Source: an uncultured Planctomycetia bacterium (lineage in GTDB: Bacteria > Omnitrophota > Gorgyraeia > Duberdicusellales > 4484-171). Taken from it: a DNA stretch of 57,999 nt. Of the stretch, positions 16,732 through 25,896 are shown one piece after another. Under the pieces are notes generated by a model. That model saw nothing but the letters and a program-made list of their open reading frames with translations, made no database searches and was not told where the DNA came from. The stretch is from contig CAZABB010000009.1 in the NCBI GenBank assembly GCA_964483625.1, forward strand, positions 1 through 57,999, in the 5' to 3' direction. Both the position numbers and the translations under genes were made by a program. Positions within the stretch are counted from its first letter, which is position 1. Every line of letters begins with the position of its first letter.

Positions 16732-18177
16732 TTATTTCTCCCATTTAAGAATGGGATTGCGGGCCGCTTTGACTTCATCAACCCTCCCGACGGGAGTATT
16801 GTGGGGGGAACTTTTGAGAACAGAAGGATCTTCTTCTATCTCCCGGTTAATTCTCTCCATAACTTCGATAAATGCGTCAAGCGTCTGTTTGCATTCGGTC
16901 TCAGTCGGCTCCACCATAAGCGCCTCTTTGACGATGAGAGGGAAATACATTGTAGGAGGATGAATGCCGTAATCGATCAGGCGCTTGGCAATATCGAAGG
17001 CAGAAGCCCCTTTCTCTTTCTGTTTGAGGCAGGAAAAAACCACCTCATGCATACAGGGCTTCAAAGACGCAACCTCGTAGGTATCTTTTAGTTTCTGGCG
17101 GATATAATTGGCGTTCAGCACCGCATGCTGGGCAACCCGGCGTAAGCCTTGCGAACCCAGCCGTAATACATACGCGTAGGCCTTCACCAGAACCGGAAAG
17201 TTTCCGTAAAAAGAACGGATACGACCAATCGAATGAGGTACATCGTAATTGAAACTGTACGTGCCTCCTTTTGCTTTAATAAGCGGCACCGGCAGAAACG
17301 GCCATAACTGTTCGGTCACTCCCACGACGCCCGACCCCGGACCGCCGCCGCCGTGAGGGGTAGCAAACGTCTTGTGCAGATTCAGGTGCACAATATCAAA
17401 CCCCATCTGCGCCGGTGTGGTTACTCCTAACAGGGCGTTGAAATTAGCGCCGTCATAATACATAAGCCCCCCGGCATCATGTACAAGACGGCTGATATCT
17501 ACAATGCGTTCCTCAAACAATCCCAGCGTATTGGGATTGGTAAGCATCACCGCGGCGGTCTCCTCATCAAGAAGCTCTTGGAGTTTGTCGACATCGAGTA
17601 ACCCGTGCGCATCACTTTCTGCTACCACCACTTCATACCCACACATACGGGCGGAAGCGGGATTGGTCCCGTGAGAGGAATCAGGTACGATGACCTTCTT
17701 ACGACGTTTGTCGCGGCGGGCGCGATGATACGCTGAAACCAGAAGCATCCCGGTTACCTCGCCGTGAGCTCCGGCACAGGGCGAGAGCGTAAAGGAATGC
17801 ATACCCGTCAACGCGCACAGTATGCGCTCCAGTTCATACATCAGCTCCATGGCTCCCTGCAGGTCACTCTCATTCTGATACGGATGCAGGTTCAGGAATC
17901 CCGGCGCATCGGTCACCTCCTCGGCTACCTTGGGATTATACTTCATCGTACAGGACCCCAACGGATAGAATTCGCTGTCGATACAGAAATTCTTCTTCGA
18001 CAGATTGGTATAATGACGCACGACGGAAAGCTCGCCGGGAGACGGAAGGTTAAGATCTTCTCTTAAGAAACGCTCCGGCAGAAGTTTCTTCAACCCCTCC
18101 AAAGGAATATCGGGAAGAGACAGGTAAGAAGTCTCAATCTGCGAAGTTTCCTCAAACAGAAATGTGTTCTTTTTCAT
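16732..18177 (-). CDS. gcvPB: Glycine dehydrogenase (decarboxylating) subunit 2
   Basis: PLGSCTMKYNP, SHGTNPAS, YYDGAN and HLNLHKTFATPHGGGGPG motifs. Confidence 0.96.
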   Translation of the reverse strand: MKKNTFLFEETSQIETSYLSLPDIPLEGLKKLLPERFLREDLNLPSPGELSVVRHYTNLSKKNFCIDSEFYPLGSCTMKYNPKVAEEVTDAPGFLNLHPYQNESDLQGAMELMYELERILCALTGMHSFTLSPCAGAHGEVTGMLLVSAYHRARRDKRRKKVIVPDSSHGTNPASARMCGYEVVVAESDAHGLLDVDKLQELLDEETAAVMLTNPNTLGLFEERIVDISRLVHDAGGLMYYDGANFNALLGVTTPAQMGFDIVHLNLHKTFATPHGGGGPGSGVVGVTEQLWPFLPVPLIKAKGGTYSFNYDVPHSIGRIRSFYGNFPVLVKAYAYVLRLGSQGLRRVAQHAVLNANYIRQKLKDTYEVASLKPCMHEVVFSCLKQKEKGASAFDIAKRLIDYGIHPPTMYFPLIVKEALMVEPTETECKQTLDAFIEVMERINREIEEDPSVLKSSPHNTPVGRVDEVKAARNPILKWEK

Positions 18178-19522
18178 GTTCGATGATGATCTTTCTTAAG
18201 GTCCCGACAAACTGATCGATATCCTCTCTGGTTTTAGTTTCGGTACAACAGGTTAAAATACGATTTTCATGCTCCGGAGCTATCTCTCCCAGATGCACTC
18301 CGCCTAAAATCCCCTCATCATGCAGACGCGTTAAGATCATTTGAGCGTCCTCGATATGCCAGACGAATTCATGAAAAAAACGGTCACCGAAGACAATCCG
18401 GACTTTTTCGATTTGAGAAAGTTTTTCTCTCAAATAACGAGCCAGGTTCATCGAATAAAACGCTGCCTTTTTTATTCCGTCGGCACCCATCAGCGCCAGA
18501 TACATTGCCGCACCGAGAGCGGCGTGAGAATGATTGGAACAAATATTACTGGTCGCGTTCTGGCGACGGATATGCTGTTCCCGGGTCTGAAGCGTAAGAC
18601 AGAACGCGCGCCTGTGATCCTGATCGGTCGTCTCACCTACGATACGACCGGGCAGCTGCCTTAAATATTCCTTACCCGCCGCCATGAAACCGAATGACCC
18701 GCCGCCGAGAGCCGGCGGCAACCCTAACGACTGTCCTTCACCGCATACGATATCGACCCCCATTTTCCCCGGCTCCCTCAATACTGCCAGGGCAAAAGGG
18801 TTTGCCACCAGAATCGAAAGCATCTGGTAAGGCTTTATTATCTTATTGATTTCTTCAACATCTTCGATTAAGCCGAAGAAATTCGGTGACGCCATAGCCA
18901 ATGCCGCCGTATCGTCATCGCACATATTCTTAAGCGCCTCGATGTCGATACACCCTTGAGCATCACAAGGAACCTCCTCCCGAAAAAGATCAAGATTCTC
19001 AAGGTAGGTATCAAGTACCGTACGATATTCGGGATGAATGCTCTGAGCTATCAGCATTTTCTTTTTTTTACGGATACGGAACGCCATAAGAACAGCCTCT
19101 ACCAAAGCTGTCGCTCCGTCGTAAAGGGACGCGTTGGAAACATCTAACCCCGACAGCTCACAGATATATGTCTGGTACTCGAAGATCGCCTGCAAGGTCC
19201 CTTGCGAACACTCCGGCTGATACGGAGTATATGCGGTATAAAATTCCGGCCGCGAAAGCAGATACTTCAATGCCGCCGGCGCATAATGGCTGTAGATACC
19301 GGCCCCCAGGAAGGAATTGAAATTATCTAACGGTTCATTTTGACACGCTGTCTCTTTCAGACGCTTGATCAAATCCGCTTCTGATAATGCCGCAAAGTGA
19401 TCCTGGTTTGACTTCCCTCTTAACTCTTGGGGAATAACCGCAAAGAGCTCTTCTAAGGAAGAAACGCCCACTTCTTTCAGCATTGCCTTTACGTCGTGTT
19501 CGGTATTGAGAATATAGGGCAT
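18152..19522 (-). CDS. gcvPA: Glycine dehydrogenase (decarboxylating) subunit 1
   Basis: FLGAG, YTAYTPYQPE, NASLYDG and TREQHIRR..ATSNICSN motifs. Confidence 0.96.
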   Translation of the reverse strand: MPYILNTEHDVKAMLKEVGVSSLEELFAVIPQELRGKSNQDHFAALSEADLIKRLKETACQNEPLDNFNSFLGAGIYSHYAPAALKYLLSRPEFYTAYTPYQPECSQGTLQAIFEYQTYICELSGLDVSNASLYDGATALVEAVLMAFRIRKKKKMLIAQSIHPEYRTVLDTYLENLDLFREEVPCDAQGCIDIEALKNMCDDDTAALAMASPNFFGLIEDVEEINKIIKPYQMLSILVANPFALAVLREPGKMGVDIVCGEGQSLGLPPALGGGSFGFMAAGKEYLRQLPGRIVGETTDQDHRRAFCLTLQTREQHIRRQNATSNICSNHSHAALGAAMYLALMGADGIKKAAFYSMNLARYLREKLSQIEKVRIVFGDRFFHEFVWHIEDAQMILTRLHDEGILGGVHLGEIAPEHENRILTCCTETKTREDIDQFVGTLRKIIIEHEKEHISV

Positions 19523-19526
19523 AATG

Positions 19527-19587
19527 AATCGTCGTTCGTCCTGCCCTCTCCCGACCTGTCGGGAGGGCTGGCGGGCGTGAGTCGATA
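19527..19587. repeat. Intergenic GC-rich hairpin inside a TCGTCGT-type arm
   Basis: ctcccgac-ct-gtcgggag within cctgccc..ggcggg, preceded by atcgtcgttcgtc. Confidence 0.45.
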
Positions 19588-19590
19588 GTT

Positions 19591-19965
19591 TTATTGAGTC
19601 CCGATGTGCGTTTTATAGGCGGACTCATCCAGGAGTGCACCGGTCTGGTTGGGATCGGCAAGCTTGATCTTGATCAGCCATCCCTTACCCATGGCATCCT
19701 CATTGACAAGGGCGGGATTTGAGTTCAATTCTTCGTTGACCTCGATAACCTCCCCGCTCAACGGCGCATACAGTTCGCTGGCGGCTTTGGTCGATTCAAC
19801 GGTCCCCACCTGTGCCCCCTGACTGACGGCACTGCCTACCGAAGGCAATTCGACAAATACAATATCTCCCAATTCTTTCTGGGCATAATCGGATATACCG
19901 ATGGTTGCCGAATTTCCTTCTACCTTTGCCCATTCGTGAGTTTTTGCAAAAAATAAATTACCCAT
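19591..19965 (-). CDS. gcvH: Glycine cleavage system H protein
   Basis: HEW, GISDYAQ, VESTKAAS (lipoyl Lys) and GWL motifs; start taken at MGNLF. Confidence 0.95.
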   Translation of the reverse strand: MGNLFFAKTHEWAKVEGNSATIGISDYAQKELGDIVFVELPSVGSAVSQGAQVGTVESTKAASELYAPLSGEVIEVNEELNSNPALVNEDAMGKGWLIKIKLADPNQTGALLDESAYKTHIGTQ

Positions 19966-19987
19966 TTGTTTTTTTCCTTTCATTGAA

Positions 19988-20074
19988 CACAGATAATCAC
20001 GAGATTAGAAACCGCAGATGATCACAGATACAAAATATCTGTGCCCATCTGTTGAAAATCAGTGACAATCTGTG
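19988..20074. repeat. CACAGAT / ATCTGTG palindromic tandem-repeat element
   Basis: cacagat..cgcagat..cacagat faces atctgtg..atctgtt..atcagtg..atctgtg; same family as 5624-5718. Confidence 0.8.
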
Positions 20075-20093
20075 CAAAACGATTCAGCAATCA

Positions 20094-21212
20094 TTATTTA
20101 ATAGAGCTCTGAAGTTTACTCGACGTATGCCGAAACGGAACAAACGGCAAGTCGACAATCTTCGCTTTGCATAACCGGCCGCGAATATCCACCTGAAACG
20201 ACGTATCACTTTGAGCATACGTGGGCGGGACATATCCCATTCCGATAAAAGAATCCAGGTGAGGCGAATAGGTCCCGGAGGTAACGTGGCCGATTTTGTA
20301 GCCTTCCTGAGAACAAAGACGGCAGTGCCGGCGAGGAACACCTCTTTCCTCCATGAGGAATCCGACCCGTACGTGTTCGAGTTGCCGCGACCTGATACGG
20401 ATAATCTCTTCTTTCCCGATAAAGTCTTTGGCGTTTAATTTGACGACCCAGTGTAACCCGGCTTCAAAAGGATTCGTCCGTTCATCGATGTCGTTCCCCC
20501 ATAGACAATATCCCGCTTCAATTCGCAGGATATCACGGGCTCCCAGGCCCGCATATCCCAATTCGTAGTCGGCGCCCGCGGCGGCGACCGCATCCCAAAG
20601 TTCCTCAGCGTCCCCGGCTGAGACATAAATCTCGAATCCGTCCTCACCGGTATACCCGGTGCGGGAAATACGACACCGAATCCCGGCACAAGAGGCATCG
20701 AGAAAACTCATGTACGCGAGTTTCTCGATCAACGAAGGTCCGCACAGCCGGCTCATGATCAGGTACGCTTTGGGCCCCTGGAGCGAAAGAAGTGCGGTCG
20801 ACTCGCTTTCATCGCTGATATCACATGTTTTGCCGGCGTGGGCCTGGATGATTTTAAGGTCTTTTTCTTTATTGGAAGCGTTGACGACACACAGGAAATC
20901 GTCTCTGCCGCGGTATACCATGAAATCGTCGACAACCCCTCCCTTCTCGCTCAGGATGAGATTGTAATGGATCTGTCCGGGCTTCAGGCGGGAGATGTCG
21001 TTGGTCGCTACCTTCTGCAGTAATTCGAGAGCGTCGGGCCCTTTGACGCGGATCTGCCCCATATGCGAGACGTCACACAGGGTAGCTGAGGTACGCGTCT
21101 GTTTTGCTTCCCTGACGATACTCTGATACTGAAGAGGCATTGCCCAGCCGTGGAAATCTACGATTTTTGCGTCTGATTGAACGGTTTTTTCGTACAGCGG
21201 GGTTTTCTTCAT
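20094..21212 (-). CDS. gcvT: Glycine cleavage system aminomethyltransferase T
   Basis: KTPLY, FHGWAMP, DVSHMG, RTGYTGEDGFE and GLGARD motifs; GGAGG RBS before ATG 21212. Confidence 0.96.
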   Translation of the reverse strand: MKKTPLYEKTVQSDAKIVDFHGWAMPLQYQSIVREAKQTRTSATLCDVSHMGQIRVKGPDALELLQKVATNDISRLKPGQIHYNLILSEKGGVVDDFMVYRGRDDFLCVVNASNKEKDLKIIQAHAGKTCDISDESESTALLSLQGPKAYLIMSRLCGPSLIEKLAYMSFLDASCAGIRCRISRTGYTGEDGFEIYVSAGDAEELWDAVAAAGADYELGYAGLGARDILRIEAGYCLWGNDIDERTNPFEAGLHWVVKLNAKDFIGKEEIIRIRSRQLEHVRVGFLMEERGVPRRHCRLCSQEGYKIGHVTSGTYSPHLDSFIGMGYVPPTYAQSDTSFQVDIRGRLCKAKIVDLPFVPFRHTSSKLQSSIK

Positions 21213-21411
21213 GAGGTCTTCCTCCGGAAAATTTTCTGCACATTGACTGAAAGAGTATATTATCTTAACATAAGTCATTGAAAAAAAAAGAAAAAATTCA
21301 TCACGATTACAGTGATTGAAAAATACCGGGAATATGGGAAAATAAACACCGAGCCGATTGATTCTGATCAGATAGGATTGAGGCGTTAGAAATCCTTCCT
21401 GAGGTTTAAAA

Positions 21412-21885
21412 ATGAGAAAAACCGGTACATCGAAAAACCTTATCAATGTTCTTAAAGAAAAGGAACAGACGATTGCGATAGCCGAATCGGTCACCGGTGG
21501 CTATACCACTTATCTTCTTACGAAAACACCCGGCGCTTCAGCGGTCGTTAAAATGGCAATCGTCGTATACTCGCTTTTTGCCAAAGAGAAAATGCTGGGA
21601 TTACCAAAGAAACACCTTACCCGGACCGACGGAGTATCGCCTCAGACAGCAAAACTGCTTGCCACAAAGGTAAGAAACAAAGCGAAATCTTCCCTCGGTG
21701 CCGCGATCGTCGGGTACGCCGGCCCCACCGCGCCAAAGGGAAAAAAAGGCACCGTGCACATGGCCGTTACCACAGGAAAAAGGACCGTCGTTAAATCACA
21801 GAATTTTCACGGCAGCCGTGACCAAATCCGTAAAAAATCGGCCCGCATACTTATTACCTTGATAGGGAAAATTGTAGGAATATAA
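21412..21885 (+). CDS. cinA: CinA C-terminal / NMN amidohydrolase (PncC) family
   Basis: AIAESVTGG, YS..AK..LG, GVS, GYAGP and GSRDQIR motifs. Confidence 0.85.
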   Translation: MRKTGTSKNLINVLKEKEQTIAIAESVTGGYTTYLLTKTPGASAVVKMAIVVYSLFAKEKMLGLPKKHLTRTDGVSPQTAKLLATKVRNKAKSSLGAAIVGYAGPTAPKGKKGTVHMAVTTGKRTVVKSQNFHGSRDQIRKKSARILITLIGKIVGI

Positions 21886-21888
21886 AAA

Positions 21889-22075
21889 TAGCGGTTAGCG
21901 TCGAGCGTGTAGCGGTTAGACGGGGAAACAGATAAAATAAATTATCTCCCTACTCTCTACGTGCTACTCGCTACTCTATAGAATAGAGGCCAACGACGAA
22001 CGACGCGACACACGCCGCAGGCGTTAATCACTGTAATCCTGGTTCTAATCACCGTAATCATTTCCCGAAGGGAAA
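21889..22075. repeat. Composite repeat: TAGCG/CGCTA palindrome, ACGACG arm and AATCACTGT arm with GNA mini-hairpins
   Basis: tagcggttagcgtcgagcgtgtagcg faces ctactctctacgtgctactcgcta; acgcc-GCA-ggcgt (22012-22024); tttccc-GAA-gggaaa (22061-22075). Confidence 0.7.
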
Positions 22076-22077
22076 AA

Positions 22078-22623
22078 ATGAGAGCATTCATTGCTTTACC
22101 CATACCTGATGAGATCAAAAAAGAAATTGCTGATATCCAGCGCCGGCTGAGAATGTGTGCGGCTGAAGCAAAATGGGTTAATCCTGAGAATTGTCATCTT
22201 ACCTTCAAGTTTCTTGGCGATATCGACAACGATCAACTACAACAGATCACCCCGGTACTGGCAACCGCCGGCGAGAAATTCTCTGGTTATGATGTACGGT
22301 TAACCGATTTCGGATTTTTCCCCAACACCCGCCGGCCGCGGGTATTCTTTATAGAAACCGATCATGCCGAACAATTAAAAACCGTTGCCTTCTGGATTGA
22401 AGACAGATTGGAAGCGTTCGGTTTCCCCAAAGAGCGAAAGTTTAAACCCCATATTACGCTCGCCCGGTTTAAAACCACCAAGAACATCAGCCGTCTTTGC
22501 GAAAATTCAGGAACGATCCGGTTAGGGTTGAGCTTCCCCGCCGACAAGATCGTTCTCTATAAAAGCACCCTCACACCTACCGGACCGATCTACGAAGAGA
22601 TCGCTAAAGTAGAACTTCATTAG
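22078..22623 (+). CDS. thpR: RNA 2',3'-cyclic phosphodiesterase (2H phosphoesterase)
   Basis: RAFIA start; two HxT motifs (HLTFKF and PHITLAR); GPIYE. Confidence 0.93.
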   Translation: MRAFIALPIPDEIKKEIADIQRRLRMCAAEAKWVNPENCHLTFKFLGDIDNDQLQQITPVLATAGEKFSGYDVRLTDFGFFPNTRRPRVFFIETDHAEQLKTVAFWIEDRLEAFGFPKERKFKPHITLARFKTTKNISRLCENSGTIRLGLSFPADKIVLYKSTLTPTGPIYEEIAKVELH

Positions 22624-22691
22624 TCTCCGGTCTATAGTCTATGGTCTATAGTTTCTCCCGACCAAATACTAAAGACTAACGACTATCGACT
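22621..22691. repeat. TAGTCTA / TAAAGAC palindromic heptamer element
   Basis: tagtctccggtctatagtctatggtctatagt faces actaaagactaacgactatcgact. Confidence 0.75.
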
Positions 22692-22706
22692 CTTTCATAT
22701 GTGACG

Positions 22707-23189
22707 TTACAGCTGCGGAAAGATCCGGATGAGCAGTTGTAAACAAAGATTGGCATAGATCCCGGCGACCAGATCGTCCCCGACTACGCCCCATCCGCCG
22801 GAGAGCTTTTCGATCCTGTTGGCCGGATACACCTTAAAGAAATCGAAAAACCTGAAAAAGCAAAACCCCAAAATCGCGATTGTGACCGAATACGGCACAA
22901 ATATGAACGTGACCAGTGCCCCGGCAAAATCGTCGATAACGATTTCCTTGCAATCCTTCTGCCCTAATATCCGTTCGGCACGCGAAGAAATCGGGAAGGA
23001 CACAAAAAGAACAATCAGCGTCACGGCAACATAGATCATCCCGTGATCGGGGGATACCACAAACAGAACGGTGCCGACAAGCGAACCGGCAGTGCCGCTT
23101 AAAAGCGGCAATTTGCCGACCCCGGCCAGCCGGGCAAAAATAAGAACAATACGGTCTAAAACGTTTTGATCAGTTTGCGATTGGCCCAT
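22707..23189 (-). CDS. pgpA: Phosphatidylglycerophosphatase A
   Basis: GTAGS, IVIDD, FRFFD..K..P and GVVGDDLVAG motifs. Confidence 0.9.
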   Translation of the reverse strand: MGQSQTDQNVLDRIVLIFARLAGVGKLPLLSGTAGSLVGTVLFVVSPDHGMIYVAVTLIVLFVSFPISSRAERILGQKDCKEIVIDDFAGALVTFIFVPYSVTIAILGFCFFRFFDFFKVYPANRIEKLSGGWGVVGDDLVAGIYANLCLQLLIRIFPQL

Positions 23190-23722
23190 AGGTAGTAAAT
23201 ACCTGAGGAAAGCGTAACGATAACAACATACCACATGATTCCCGAAATTACATACGGCTTATATTTCTGCAGCAGAGCAATGCCGGGATACAGCTTCTCC
23301 AGAATCAAAACGGAAAAGATCACCAGGATCCCCACGATCTGAGACACGGTTTTATGCTTGCCGAATTTTTTCGCCTCCAACACCACTCTGCGGTTAAGCA
23401 CAAGGATGCGGAACCCCGTAATTGTAAACTCCCTGAGCATAACCAACCCCACAAGCGGCGCACTGATGATCCGCAATTGCACGAACGCCAGGAATATCCC
23501 CAGAATAAGGATCTTATCGGCAACCGGGTCGAGAAGCTTACCCAGATCCGACACCAGGTTATACCGGCGGGCAAGCTGGCCGTCGAGATAATCACTGATC
23601 GCGGCCAGGATGAAAAATACCAGTGCCCAGGCCAAAGAACCGAGCGTATTCTTGAGGATAAAGATCACACAGAGAAACGCTAAAAAAATCCTTAAAAGAG
23701 TAAGGCGATTGGGGATATTCAT
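23156..23722 (-). CDS. pgsA: CDP-diacylglycerol--glycerol-3-phosphate 3-phosphatidyltransferase
   Basis: NIPNRLT, DYLDGQLAR, GKLLDPVADK and GKHKT motifs. Confidence 0.95.
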   Translation of the reverse strand: MNIPNRLTLLRIFLAFLCVIFILKNTLGSLAWALVFFILAAISDYLDGQLARRYNLVSDLGKLLDPVADKILILGIFLAFVQLRIISAPLVGLVMLREFTITGFRILVLNRRVVLEAKKFGKHKTVSQIVGILVIFSVLILEKLYPGIALLQKYKPYVISGIMWYVVIVTLSSGIYYLWANRKLIKTF

Positions 23723-24970
23723 CTAACCTGCCACCAGATCATATTCTAACGTATCGACCACCTCGAGTGAAAAAATACCGCCTTTGGTTACCATTTTATC
23801 CCGGACATACACGACTCCGTCGACGTCGAAACACTGATACTGGGTACGTCCGAGGATTTCATCCGGTTTTTTGAGGTCGATAAGCACCTCGATCTTCTTC
23901 CCCAAGAAGCGGTGATTAAGATTCCGCGCGATCGTGCGTTGCAATTCCAACAGTTCATTCCGGCGTCTTTCTTTGGTGCGATAGTGTACTCGCGGAGTCA
24001 AATCATACGCGGCGGTCCCCTCTTCCCGGGAAAACGTGAATATCCCAACATGATCAAGCTGCATATCCCGCACAAACCGCTTTAATTCTCCGAACTCCGT
24101 CTCTCCTTCACCGGGAAACCCTACGATCAGAGATGTTCTTATCGCCGCGCCGGGGATCTTTTTCCTGATTTTTTCAATGAGACTGAGAATCTGCTTCTTC
24201 GTCACGCTGCGATTCATTAATTTTAAAATTTTATCATTGACGTGCTGAATTGGCAAATCAATATATTTACAAAGGCGCGGCTGTGACGAAATGAGCTCAA
24301 TCAACTCATCCGTCATTAGTTTCGGATGAGTATACAGAAGCCTGAACCAGTCAATCTTTCGCGTACGTCTCAGTATCCCGTTCAGGAGCCAGACGAGACT
24401 TTTTTGCGGGGAGAGATCTCTTCCCCAGCTGGTCACATCCTGACCGATTATGTTGACCTCCCTCACACCCGATGCATCCAATGTTTCCACCTCCCGGAAA
24501 ATATCTTTTTGAGGACGACTCCTGAATCCGCCTTTGATCAGCGGGATCGCACAATAACTGCACCGGTGCCAACAACCTTCGGCAATTTTGACGAAAGCAA
24601 GATGCGCCGGGGTCAACGTTCCTGGAGAAAAAACCTCTTTTTCAGGGAACGGCACGGTGGCACCCCACTCATCGACACCGGGGAAATGTTTACGCAGCTG
24701 AGAGAGGTACCGTTTTACCAGACAGCCCCGGACGACGACTGTTTTGACTTTTCCGGCGCGCTTCAACCTGAGCGCCTGCCGGATGACATCCAGAGATTCC
24801 TCTTTGGCCGAGGTAATGAATCCACAGGTATTGACCAGCAGAACCTGGACGCCCGCGAGATCATCGCGAAACCGGTATCCCTTCTTCAGCAGATCCGAAG
24901 CGATAACTTCGGAATCATACGTATTACGGAAACAGCCCAGAGAGATGATGGAGAATGTTTTTTTGGACAT
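23723..24970 (-). CDS. rimO: Ribosomal protein S12 methylthiotransferase
   Basis: SLGC..N..DSE, NTCGFI..AKEES, KIAEGC.H.CSYCAIP motifs; TRAM domain. Confidence 0.92.
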   Translation of the reverse strand: MSKKTFSIISLGCFRNTYDSEVIASDLLKKGYRFRDDLAGVQVLLVNTCGFITSAKEESLDVIRQALRLKRAGKVKTVVVRGCLVKRYLSQLRKHFPGVDEWGATVPFPEKEVFSPGTLTPAHLAFVKIAEGCWHRCSYCAIPLIKGGFRSRPQKDIFREVETLDASGVREVNIIGQDVTSWGRDLSPQKSLVWLLNGILRRTRKIDWFRLLYTHPKLMTDELIELISSQPRLCKYIDLPIQHVNDKILKLMNRSVTKKQILSLIEKIRKKIPGAAIRTSLIVGFPGEGETEFGELKRFVRDMQLDHVGIFTFSREEGTAAYDLTPRVHYRTKERRRNELLELQRTIARNLNHRFLGKKIEVLIDLKKPDEILGRTQYQCFDVDGVVYVRDKMVTKGGIFSLEVVDTLEYDLVAG

Positions 24971-24993
24971 ACTGTTATTGTTATTAATTAAAA

Positions 24994-25085
24994 GTTTGCC
25001 CGTACTCCCGTTATTCTGCCTGCGGCAGAATTTCCCGTTATCCCGTTTTTATGAACGGGCAAAACGGGCGAACGGGTAAACGGGA
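24994..25085. repeat. CCCGTT / AACGGG palindromic tandem-repeat element with a GNA mini-hairpin
   Basis: cccgta..cccgtt..cccgtt..cccgtt faces aacggg x4; attctgcc/ggcagaat hairpin with a GCA loop on the minus strand (25013-25031). Confidence 0.8.
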
Positions 25086-25104
25086 CAACCTGAATGTTGG
25101 CCAT

Positions 25105-25896
25105 TTATTTATCAACGAATATGCCGACAGGTGTGACTTTCAGACTTTTGATCGGTTTCCTGATTTTGGTAAGGGCGGGCAGGATCTGGTCATTGACCTC
25201 GACATCGACGGCGGTCCCGTCACTGATTTTGAATTCCAATTCTTTCTTGGCCTGCCAGGTTTCAACGGCACCTTTTTTCAATATCCCTTCGAATACGATC
25301 GCACCTTCACGCCTGACCCTTACAAAACAATTCCGTTTGGCGGTAAGGGTCACGCTGATCTCTTCTTTTTGGGCGAAAGAAGAAACCTGCTGCGGCTGAT
25401 CGTCACCGGCATCGGAAAATACCACCTCATTCGCGACCGGACGATGCCGAAAAAGAGAAATAACAAATGCTCCTATTTTCTTCAATACCCAGATACTGCT
25501 CACGAGCAAAATTAAAATCACCCCGATGGTGATCGCGATGCGTATGTATTGCGACGGGATAGGGGGAATTTTTATTTTCGGCAAAGAGAGTCGCGGCAAG
25601 GAAAGATGAAGGGACCCCGTTCGCCCCTGGCGGTTACGCGGCTTTATCAGAGGCGCGGCTTCTTCCTGCGGACGGCGTTCTTCAAGAAGTGCTTCATCCA
25701 ACTCCTCCTGCAGAAACGAACAATAAATCTTTAAGAATCCTTTCAGATAAAACGGGTTCATCTCCTCCCATCGGCCGCTTTCCAACCGTTTAATCGCCGA
25801 AGGAGGCAATTTGGTCTTCTCTACGATCTCCTCGAGATTCAGACCACATTCGCGGCGTTTATCACGCAAGCGTGCAACAAATTCTTCTCTGGTCAT
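25105..25896 (-). CDS. rodZ: RodZ-like protein (HTH, TM segment, DUF4115)
   Basis: N-terminal HTH with YLKGFLKIY, one TM segment, C-terminal beta domain; ftsK-rodZ-rimO-pgsA synteny. Confidence 0.75.
   Translation of the reverse strand: MTREEFVARLRDKRRECGLNLEEIVEKTKLPPSAIKRLESGRWEEMNPFYLKGFLKIYCSFLQEELDEALLEERRPQEEAAPLIKPRNRQGRTGSLHLSLPRLSLPKIKIPPIPSQYIRIAITIGVILILLVSSIWVLKKIGAFVISLFRHRPVANEVVFSDAGDDQPQQVSSFAQKEEISVTLTAKRNCFVRVRREGAIVFEGILKKGAVETWQAKKELEFKISDGTAVDVEVNDQILPALTKIRKPIKSLKVTPVGIFVDK

Noticed and set aside
16576-17091. 171-aa plus-strand ORF and the many other antisense ORFs in the track
   Set aside because: They are shadows of well-supported genes on the opposite strand or run through repeat elements.
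21213-21411. Glycine riboswitch upstream of gcvT
   Set aside because: No GGAGA..CCGAAG..CTCTCAGG aptamer pattern is visible; the region looks like a divergent promoter region.
20094-21494. Long N-terminal extensions on gcvT, and likewise lptF, tmk, mlaF, trmI and rpsO
   Set aside because: These are artefacts of longest-ORF calling; internal ATGs match the family starts, RBS or promoter positions.
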